Assembly: GCF_000142905.1 (NCBI RefSeq) | Contig: NW_013657678.1 | Coordinates: 616,871-680,870 of the forward strand | Direction: 5' to 3' | DNA: 64,000 nt | Origin: Thecamonas trahens ATCC 50062 | Lineage: Eukaryota > Protista > Apusomonadida | Shown here: positions 55,787 to 64,000 of the stretch, piece by piece | Numbering within the stretch: position 1 is the stretch's first letter | Layout: each line of letters starts with the position of its first letter | Made by a program: the position numbers and the translations under genes | Notes under the pieces: model-generated | What the model was told of the DNA's origin: nothing | What the model saw: only the letters and a program-made list of their open reading frames with translations | The model's database searches: none

Positions 55787-57634
55787 GTGTACGAGCTGTT
55801 CGACATGCAGAGCACACTCTCGGCTTGGGTGCAGGGAGGAGCAAGGGTGTCGCTTGAGGGTGGCGAGTGTGGGGTTGATGAGCTTCAGCCTGCTCGAGCT
55901 CAGACTGCGCGGCCGCGGGCGAAGAATCTACGCGCTCGTCGGCTGGCCGCTCCCGTTGCCGGGCAGCTCACGCTCTTTGCTGCGCTCGGTGCGGACGAGC
56001 CAGAGCGGGAGAGCAAAGAGGAGCAGGAACAGAAGAGCAAGAACACAGCTGAGCCAAAGAGGAAGCGGCGCAAGGTGGCAAGGAAGCAGGAGTCGGCCAG
56101 CGGCGAAGGCGCTGGCGGCAGAGGCGAGACCGGCGGGGCAAAGGCAAGGGCAAGGGCAAGGAGCAGATCGCGAACGAGAGCAACAAGGCAGGCGGCAGCG
56201 GAGACAAGGTCGGCGCCAGATGTGACAGGTGTGGGCGCAAGTGTAGGTGCGGGCGCAGGTGCAGGCGAGCGGAGAAGCGGGCGAACGACGCGAGCGTCGC
56301 GGAGAGCGCGAGAGCTTAGTGGCGAGGCCGGGCTGGCCGAGCTGCCGCAGGCGAGGCGACGGAGCAGTCGGAGATCGGCACAGAATGTGGATGGCGATCA
56401 AGCTTGCACCAAACCGGGATCAAAGCGCAAGCGGAAGGCGAGCAGGAGCGAGGTGCCGAGGACGCTGCGGACCGAGCAGCCGAGGCTGCTGCGAGCGTCG
56501 GCGGTGATGCGGGCGCCCGGGTGGCGGGCGCGGCCGCGCTGGCCAGCGATCCATGCGCCAGCAATGGATCCCGAGGCGCTGCTGGAGCTTGGCGAGCTGG
56601 AGGTGTTTACAGGTATTCGCCACAAGGTGTATGCCGGGACACTGAGCTCGAACGGCGAGGTGGGCGTTGTGGCCGGCGGCGGCGGCAACGTCTCGCTTCT
56701 TGTTCGTGGCGTCGGTAGAGCAGATGACGTTGATGATGATGATGATGACGATGTGGGGAGCAAGCGCCGCGTAGTGACGGAGCAGCTTCACTCTGGATGG
56801 GTCTCTCAAGTGGCGCTGATGCCACGGGCGGGCTCGCAGGCCGGGCCACTGCTCATTTCGTGCGCCAACGACGCAACGGTGGTGGCAGCGTCGCTGCCGG
56901 ACCTGGTCCCGCTCGCTGTCTCGCGCGGCATCCATGATGCTGGTATCTACGACCTCGCGCTCTCGGGCTGCTCGATGGTTTCGGGCTCCAAGGACGGGAC
57001 AGTATCGCACAGCCTTGTCGGCGACGACGGGGTGGCGATCGGCATCCGGCGGTACGTCAAGTCGGACGACGGGGCGGTGGTCAAGGCCGTGGCGTGGGGG
57101 GCGGAGGACGCGTTTGCAGCCGCCGGCAACGACAAGATTGTTTCGCTGTATGATGTGCGATCACCGCTGCCGGTGCTCGCCATGGGCAACCTCCACTCGC
57201 GCGCTATTAACTCGCTCGTGTGGTCGCCGCGGTCCGAGTTTGAGCTGCTGTCAGTCTCGTTTGGCGGTCGCATCGTTGTCTCAGACATCCGTGCGCCCGA
57301 AGCGCCACTCGGAGTTCTTCTCGCGCACGACAAGCAGGACGCCGGGTCTAAGATCAACCACCCCGCGCTGTTTAACACGGGCGCGGCGCTGCTCACGCTC
57401 TCAGCGGCGGCGCCCAAGGCGCTGCTCGCGTACTCGCTCGTCGGCGGCAGTCGTCAGGCTGGCCTGGCGTACGCCGGTGCCATCGCGTCGTTTCCCACCA
57501 AGCCGTCAGCGCTCTACACCGCACCGTACAACGAGGGGTGTGTAGGCAAGCGGCCGGTGGGCGGGCTGGAGGCACTGGTCACGTTTGCATCGTCAGCAGT
57601 GGTGTATGGCCCGGTCCGTCAGCAGCGGGCGTGA
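55787..57634 (+). CDS. WD40-repeat protein with basic disordered N-terminus (5' structure uncertain)
   Basis: LHSGWVSQV, IHDAGIYDL...SGSKDGTV, AGNDKIVSLYDVR, HSRAINSLVWSP...SDIR. NLS-like KRKRRK and KRKRK. The track start codon is GTG, so the true start or an upstream exon is unresolved. Confidence 0.75.
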   Translation: MYELFDMQSTLSAWVQGGARVSLEGGECGVDELQPARAQTARPRAKNLRARRLAAPVAGQLTLFAALGADEPERESKEEQEQKSKNTAEPKRKRRKVARKQESASGEGAGGRGETGGAKARARARSRSRTRATRQAAAETRSAPDVTGVGASVGAGAGAGERRSGRTTRASRRARELSGEAGLAELPQARRRSSRRSAQNVDGDQACTKPGSKRKRKASRSEVPRTLRTEQPRLLRASAVMRAPGWRARPRWPAIHAPAMDPEALLELGELEVFTGIRHKVYAGTLSSNGEVGVVAGGGGNVSLLVRGVGRADDVDDDDDDDVGSKRRVVTEQLHSGWVSQVALMPRAGSQAGPLLISCANDATVVAASLPDLVPLAVSRGIHDAGIYDLALSGCSMVSGSKDGTVSHSLVGDDGVAIGIRRYVKSDDGAVVKAVAWGAEDAFAAAGNDKIVSLYDVRSPLPVLAMGNLHSRAINSLVWSPRSEFELLSVSFGGRIVVSDIRAPEAPLGVLLAHDKQDAGSKINHPALFNTGAALLTLSAAAPKALLAYSLVGGSRQAGLAYAGAIASFPTKPSALYTAPYNEGCVGKRPVGGLEALVTFASSAVVYGPVRQQRA

Positions 57635-59082
57635 TCACGCGTCGGAGCGAGCAGCAACTGCGCGCAGGAGGTCGTCGACGGCGGCGTCAAATGCGACGTG
57701 CGCAGCATGGTGAACAGCGTGCGCGCTAGCGAGCTGTGCATCCATGGCGAGGCCAAATCCGATGCGCCCTGCGTAGGAGAAGACGGTGGAGAAGACGCCG
57801 ACGCGTCCTTGTGGCGGAACAAAAACGCGAGTGACGACAGCCTTCGGCCAGCTAGTGAGAGCTCTGCGGCGGGGCCGGGCATGTTCGACATCGAGCTCGA
57901 AATCTTGTAAGCGGTCAGCCGCCACAGCGGCCGCAAAATCGGGCGCGGGATGCACCCGAGGATCGCCATCAGCAGCGAGCCGAGCGCAGCGTCGGGCGCC
58001 GAGAGCAGGGCCGTGGTCTGGGTGTGGACAGCGTGGACCCGGGCCAGTGGATCCGATTGGTCGAGTGGAAGCGTGACGTAGACAAAACCGAGATGCGAGT
58101 TGCCCCAGCATGGAGCTGGAGGCATGTCGAGCGGAGTAAACATGGTCCGGAGCGGCTGGAGCGAGACCCACACAACCGAGGTGACCGGCGCCAGCGGGCG
58201 CGAGCTGGCGAGCGCCAGCGTCCGCAGGGCACCAGCGAGGACAGCAAGCAACACATCGTTGATGGTAACGCCCAGGTCTCTTGCTGCAGCCTTGAGCGGG
58301 GCCAGGCGTGCTGTGGCGGTGGCAAAGGCGGCGACACGGGAGCCAGTAGGTGCCAGGTACTCGCTCTCATCGCGCTTGAGCGCCGACGGCGGATCCGGCG
58401 TCGAGAACAGCAGCCGCCAAATGGCAGTACCGGACTGAGTGAAGCGCGCCGAGAGTGGCAGAGCCGCCCCGGGTCGGCGAAACGTGCGCAGAGTGTGAGC
58501 CTGACGGCTGAACGGCGAGACGACGCCATCAAAGCCCGAGTAGAAGAGCCGGGCAAGAGTGACGCCATCGCCGAGCACATGGTGGATGCGGAAGACGAAC
58601 GCCATGCAGACGGCGCCATCGTCGCGGGTGTACGCCGGAAAGAGATGAAGATCCCACAGCGGGCTATCAACGGCTAGCGGGCGACCGAGAAGATCGGCAG
58701 TGAGCTGTTCGAGGGCAAGATGATCGATGATGGCGTGGTGGACATGGACGTGGTCGGCCGGATCAAAGCTCTCCAGCTCCACCCATTGACACCAGCCGAT
58801 GAAAGGCACGCGGCGAATGACGGAGAGTAAGCGCGGATGCGGGGCAACAAAGGCGTCGACAAATGCCTCTGCAAATGTCTGTGGGTCAAGCGCAGGCGGG
58901 TCGAGGACGGCGGCGACATTGATGTTGTTGATGGCATCATCGGCCGAGACGAGCAAGAGCACCGAGATGGGGTCGAGCCACGAGCTCGGGCGAGCGAGAG
59001 AGACCAAGGCGACAAATGCAGCAAAGAGCATGAGACAAGCAGCCACTGTCCAGGCGGTGTAGGTAAGGGCAGTGACTAGCAT
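57635..59082 (-). CDS. Wax ester synthase / diacylglycerol acyltransferase (WS/DGAT) with N-terminal TM (frame break near 57823)
   Basis: PLWDLHL, RIHHVLGDG (HHxxxDG), GVTINDVLL, WGN, SNMPGP. Adding one T gives FFVPPQG...FSYAGRIGFGL, a typical WS/DGAT C-terminus, ending at 57635. Confidence 0.88.
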
Positions 59083-59095
59083 GGTGGGGGGGGGG

Positions 59096-59100
59096 AGAGA

Positions 59101-59138
<38 letters not shown>
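59096..59138. repeat. (GA)n microsatellite after a poly-G run
   Basis: AGAGAAAGAGAAAGAGAGAG... immediately upstream of the WS/DGAT ATG. Confidence 0.85.
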
Positions 59139-59141
<3 letters not shown>

Positions 59142-59365
59142 TAATGGGGGCAGAAGCAGCGAAGCGATGGTATGTGGGTGGGCGATCATTGAAGGGAGGG
59201 GGGGTGGGGGGGCGGATATAGTTTGTGACGAATGGCAGCTCATTTGGCGGTAGTTGGCGGAATGCGGTTGCCAGTGGGCGGGTGCGGGGCAGAGGCGGGC
59301 AGGGGGCGGACGGTTGTCGGGAGGAGGCAGACGTGACTCACAGCCTGTCCCAGACTGACCCAAAA

Positions 59366-60367
59366 ATGGCAGCCACTTCAATCGGGACGCTGACGCGGCT
59401 GGCGTCGGCTAGCTTCCCCAAGGTGGCGGTAAGAATGAACAAGAGCGTGACGGCTATCGACGCTTCATTCAGCTTTGAGGCTGTTCGTGCCCGCAACGGC
59501 CGACTCTTTGTGGTTGCACTCGACGGGTCGGGCATTGCGGCCACTGCGCTCCGCCTCGCGCTCGCGCTCGCGTCCAGCAAGGACGGGTTGTTTGTGGTGA
59601 GCGTGGAGACGCCCGAGACCGATGCCAATGAGCTCAACCACCCACGCCGGGTGCTCGCCAAGGCAGAGACGACGGTGGCGGCGACAGGCATCGACTACCA
59701 GCTTGTCCACCTCTCAGCCAAGAAGGCCGACGGCGTCGATGGCAAGGTGGCCAAGTGGCGGATGCTCGCCGGCAGCATCGTCAGCCTGGTCGAGGCTGTC
59801 GATGCCGACCTGGTCCTCATGGGCTCGCGTGGACTCGCGGTGACGGCATACACCTCGGCCACGGCCGAGGAGCTCGGCTCGGTTGCCGCGGCTTGCCTCG
59901 ACGTCATCCAGCACCCGATCGCTGTGGTCAAGAGCGAGACCGCGTCGGTGGCGGCCGACGCAGGCATCGCCATGGCCTTTGATGGCTCGCCGGTCTCGCT
60001 CCGCGCGCTTCGCATGGCGCATGGCTATGCTCGAAAGATGGGCAGCTCGCTGCACGTGTGCTCTGTCCTCACCGCCACGCGCGGCGAGTCAGCGCTGACC
60101 GAGTTGATGGCGTCGGCGCTCGAGGTGGAGCCAAATTTGGACGCGCTGCAGGCCATCGGTGTCGACGTGGCGTTTCTCGACCGCGAAGGCTCCGTCGCCG
60201 AGACGATTATGGCGCACATCGAGCCGCTGGCGCCACTCGCCACAGTCCTTTGCACAGCCACCATCTTCCATTCGGAGCACCTGCTCGGCTCTGTCTCGCG
60301 ACGGATGGTCCGTCGCGGCAAGTTCAACATCCTCCTCGTTAAGCCGACCGAGGACGACGACGCGTAG
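59366..60367 (+). CDS. Tandem universal stress protein (two USP domains)
   Basis: FVVALDGS...ADLVLMGSRG...LGSVA...PIAVVK, then AMAFDGS...LLGSVSRRMVR...NILLVK. Confidence 0.85.
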   Translation: MAATSIGTLTRLASASFPKVAVRMNKSVTAIDASFSFEAVRARNGRLFVVALDGSGIAATALRLALALASSKDGLFVVSVETPETDANELNHPRRVLAKAETTVAATGIDYQLVHLSAKKADGVDGKVAKWRMLAGSIVSLVEAVDADLVLMGSRGLAVTAYTSATAEELGSVAAACLDVIQHPIAVVKSETASVAADAGIAMAFDGSPVSLRALRMAHGYARKMGSSLHVCSVLTATRGESALTELMASALEVEPNLDALQAIGVDVAFLDREGSVAETIMAHIEPLAPLATVLCTATIFHSEHLLGSVSRRMVRRGKFNILLVKPTEDDDA

Positions 60368-60664
60368 TCTGCCTCGATGGCGCGTAGCTGCGGTATGTGG
60401 CGATGGTGAGCCGAGGAGGAGGAGTGAACAGCTTGAATGCGGCAAGAACTAGTTGTGGGAGGTGGAGGAAAATACAGACACATAAAGAGCCGCCGTAAAT
60501 CTGCCGGGCCAAACGTGCGACTGTGCGCCACGTCACAGCGTCGCGTGACTTGCGTTTCGGCAAAAAATAGCTGGAGACCCGTCAGCAACGAGCGGGCGGC
60601 TGCGGGAAGGCATACCCAACTCCAATTGCGTGTGAACAGCAGCAGTTTGTCAAGGACCAAAAGT

Positions 60665-61333
60665 ATGCAGACCAAGGTGTTCTCTGTGGCAGTGCTCGCC
60701 ATTGTGGCCATTGTGGCTATGCTCGCTGTGCCTTCGCAGGCACGGGCCTTTGGCATTGACGTCTCGTCGGGCGTCTCCGAGTCACAGTTTTCGTCGGGCC
60801 ACCGGCATGGTAACTTCTCCTTTGCCATTCCGCGCATCTGGCAGTCGTTCGGCCGCGGTGACCCCAACGGCGCCGCCAACGTCCGCAACGCGCACGCTGC
60901 TGGCTACTCCAAGGTTGATGGCTACGCCTTTATCTGCCCCAACGGCGGCTCGGTCTCGAGCCAGATTTCAGGCCTCTTCTCGTACCTCAACGACAACCAT
61001 GTCAACATCGACACTGTGTGGCTTGACGTCGAGGCGCCGTCGCTCTGGACCGGCTCGGTCTCGGGCAACCGCAACTACATGACCGAGCTCATCGACGCCA
61101 TGAACAAGTCCGGCCTCAAGTACGGCATCTACTCGTCGCCCGGCGAGTGGTCGTCGCTCTTTGGCTCGTGGCGCATCGACTTCCCGCGCTGCTGGTATGC
61201 CACCTACGACGGCTCGCTCTCGTGCTCCAGTGAGCCGTTCCCCGGCTGCCGTCCGATGTACAAGCAGTTCAACGACCACGACTCGTTCTGCTCGAACGCC
61301 GGCTTTTCGTGCGACGTCTCGGTCAGCTGCTAA
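60665..61333 (+). CDS. Secreted GH25-type (protist/nematode-like) lysozyme
   Basis: Signal peptide, then FGIDVS, FAIPRIWQS, VDGYAF, VWLDVE (DxE), GIYSS..EW, WYATYD, KQF. Confidence 0.85.
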   Translation: MQTKVFSVAVLAIVAIVAMLAVPSQARAFGIDVSSGVSESQFSSGHRHGNFSFAIPRIWQSFGRGDPNGAANVRNAHAAGYSKVDGYAFICPNGGSVSSQISGLFSYLNDNHVNIDTVWLDVEAPSLWTGSVSGNRNYMTELIDAMNKSGLKYGIYSSPGEWSSLFGSWRIDFPRCWYATYDGSLSCSSEPFPGCRPMYKQFNDHDSFCSNAGFSCDVSVSC

Positions 61334-61418
61334 TCGTAGCGTGATAAAACCCACCATTTTGGCTTATGTCAAGGCATGGGCCGTTGACTCTGGTTTGTCC
61401 TCGGCCAGACAATGTTGT

Positions 61419-62020
61419 ACTGGTGCTAGTGTGCGGTGTGTGATGACCGTGACTGAGGTGGTGGATGGCGTAGCTGGTCGTGGGTGGGAACTAGGTGGCG
61501 ATGAAGATGGGCCTGGTCGGGCGGGCGGGCGACGGCTGGGCGGCTGGTGGTCGGCAAGGCAGGGCCAGCAGAGGGGGCGGGAACGGGCCTGGGCGGCTCG
61601 AGATTGTTGATGGTTGGTGAGTGGGTAGTATGCAATGTGAAGGTAAAGGGATGGCAGTGTCGGGGTCGTGGATGAGGATGGGAGTGAGATAGAGCGAGGA
61701 GGGGAGGAGGATGAGGGAGAGGAAGCGGGGTGCGCGATGGGATGGTGGTGGGCATGGCCATGGCATGGGGGTGAGAGTTGTGGCTGGGATGGAAGTGATG
61801 GCGGTGGAGTAGGGGGTGGGGGGTGGTGGTTTGTCGTGATGGGGCGTAATGAGTGGTTCATGGTGATCGGACATAATGAGTAAGGTATAGGGGGGATGAG
61901 GGGGGTCGTGACGTGGGTGGCGCGGCGGGCGGAAGGATGATGGATATGGCGATTGGGGCTGCGGGTGGATGTGGGCGGGTGGGATGAGGATGATGGGTGA
62001 GTGTAGAGTGTGGGAGGTGA
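61419..62020. repeat. Degenerate G-rich direct repeat, copy 1
   Basis: Begins ACTGGTGCTAGTGTG..TGTGTGATGACC and is colinear with 62897-63465 (CTAGGTGG.GATGAAG.TGGGCCTG, GAGGAAGCGG.GTGCGCGATGGGA, GGGGGATGAGGGGGGTCGTGACGTGGG). End boundary is approximate. Confidence 0.8.
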
Positions 62021-62896
62021 GGGTGGAGGGGCTTGGGCGGCGAGGGAGAGCAGGGCGGACGGATTGGACTGAGATGGACGTCGATGGAGACGAGAGCTTG
62101 AGATTGGAGAAGGAGGCAGACCACTGCACTGTAGCCCGCCACTGCATTACCTATCCCTTGCCCTTGCCCTCTCCTGTGCTTCCTCGCCCTGGCCAGCCCG
62201 GAGGTCTCATCGTCTGGCTCGGTGATCGGCAGAAGGGGGGGCTGGTGATCAGCAGGCCGTCGGGGGCTGTGATGGGCAAGGCCGGAGGAGGGAGGGGAGG
62301 AGTGGGTTGGAGGGCAAACTGGTAGTCATTGTCAATGATGTGGCTATCTCCATGTATTGTTTTCAATGCCCTATCGATGGCTAGCTTGCTCTCGGTGGTG
62401 CCGGCGGTGGTCGGTCGGCGGTGGGCGGCGGTCGGCGGTGAGCAGCCGGCGGTCGGCAGCGATGCTGTTGACGGGTTGGCGTCGGCTGATGTGCGTATCT
62501 GCGCACGTGGAGTTGGTGACTATGTTTGCAGGGGTGGTGAGTACGTGTGGTGTGGGTGTGGTGGTTGTGGGTGGGGATGTTGGGGAGTGGGGGGCGGAGA
62601 TGGGCCCGGGGCGGGGGGGTGAGCAGCATCGAAACGACACCAGGACAACAAGTTGGGCCTCAGGTGGCAGAACTCGGATTCCGGAATACTGCAGCTGTGG
62701 ATTGGAGACCGTGCAAGGGGGTAGTGTGGATATGTAGTAGAGTAGTAGTGAAATCAGATTGGGCATATCTTGCAATGAGGTTGGTGGGGGTTGTGTGCGG
62801 GGTCGGGCGGTCCAGGACGTGCTCAAGCACCTAGGCAAAACAAGTTGACGCGGAAATGAGCCGAGGAAGATGGGTATCGATAACAGCGATATTGAT

Positions 62897-63465
62897 ACTG
62901 GTGCTAGTGTGGGATGTGTGATGACCTTGGGTGTAATCGTGGGTTGTGTAGCTGGTAGTGGGTCAGAGCTAGGTGGTGATGAAGGTGGGCCTGATCGGGC
63001 GAGCGGGCGGCGGCTGGTGGCTGGTGGTCGGCGAGGCAGGGGCAGCTGAGGGGGCGGGATCGGGGCTGGGTGGCTTGACAATGCTGTTAGGGAGTAGACG
63101 GGCAGTATGACTGGTGATGGTTGAGGGGTGTGAGCGTCGGGGTCGGGCATGAGGATGGGGGTGAGCTGGAGTAAGGAGAGGAGGAGGAGGAGGAGGAAGA
63201 GGAAGCGGAGTGCGCGATGGGACGGTGGTGAGGATGGCCAAGGCAAGGTGGTGGTGGTTGTGGCTAGGATGATAGTGATAGTGGTGGGGTAGGGGGTGGG
63301 GGTGGTCGTTTGTGGTGACGGGTGGTAATGAGTATGGTGGGGGGGATGAGGGGGGTCGTGACGTGGGGTCGTGACGGGCGAAATGGTAGTAGGTATGGCG
63401 ATTGGACTTGAGCATTGATGACGGTGAGTATGATACGGCTGATGGGTGTGTGTGAGGTGTGGGCG
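62897..63465. repeat. Degenerate G-rich direct repeat, copy 2
   Basis: Same ordered blocks as copy 1, offset by ~1,480 nt. End boundary is approximate. Confidence 0.8.
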
Positions 63466-64000
63466 ATAGGGGCGGCGTGTACTTGGCCGGCAGATGGAAG
63501 GCGGCGGACGTTAATTGAGTCGAACGTTGAATTAATTATAGAAAAGCCGGAACAAGCATCAAACGAGGCAATGACGTCCACAACAACAACCAAAGATCAT
63601 ACATGGCTTGCACAGCACACGTATGAGTAAGCCAACAGGGACTGGACAAAGCTAGCAGGCAATGGGATGAACTCGGGTAACGTTGAGGTCGATGAGGCAG
63701 GGCGCGGTTGCTCGATCAGATCTGCAGATCAACCATGACCACGACACAACAGGGTCAACACAAAATACATTACATGCAAAACTTTTCACCACGACAAACG
63801 ACAACAAAGTTGAGAATCGATAGTGTAGTGAGCAAGGCCCGATGGTGAATGTGGAAGTCAAGGTCGAAGAAAACAGGAGAATCAAGAACAATTGATGCAT
63901 GACGAATAATGATACAAAGCAACAACAAGAGCAAAAGCAAAGATCAATGAGGATGCATGCCGATTACGGTCAACCATCACAGGGCAAGAGTAACCAAAGC

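Noticed and set aside
61364-63900. Pro/His-rich or Gly/Trp-rich ORFs in the terminal block
   Set aside because: They are compositional artefacts of the G-rich repeats. The frames are not conserved between the two copies and show no transposase or RT motifs.
1-64000. tRNA, rRNA or autonomous transposable elements
   Set aside because: None recognised by eye. tRNAscan-SE, Infernal and RepeatModeler were not run, so small RNAs could be missed.

Overview
This is a compact, GC-rich, intron-poor eukaryotic (protist-like) genomic segment with GT-AG introns, one 100-N gap and about 20 protein-coding genes. Gene content and style resemble an apusomonad such as Thecamonas, but that is an unverified inference. 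The main highlight is a histidine-biosynthesis mini-cluster at the left edge. The ORF track misses a minus-strand open frame (2346 to <1) that encodes a HisH-HisF-HisA-HisI polyprotein and continues off the window. It sits head-to-head with a HisC-HAD phosphatase fusion. Other notable genes are: a ~4,240-aa nucleoredoxin / papain-like / UBA / DUF3638-DUF3645 helicase-like / EF-hand / zinc-finger giant; three large multi-TM receptors with swapped ectodomains, two of them head-to-head FG-GAP plus beta-helix paralogs; a myosin with four PH domains; an RBR ligase with an ESCRT-III-like tail; and a Rho-like pseudo-GTPase. About ten frame breaks, all needing +1 nt and mostly in short homopolymers, are probably sequencing under-calls. 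The last 2.6 kb is non-coding and holds a degenerate ~550-600 bp direct repeat. All family assignments come from motif recognition by eye; no searches were run.
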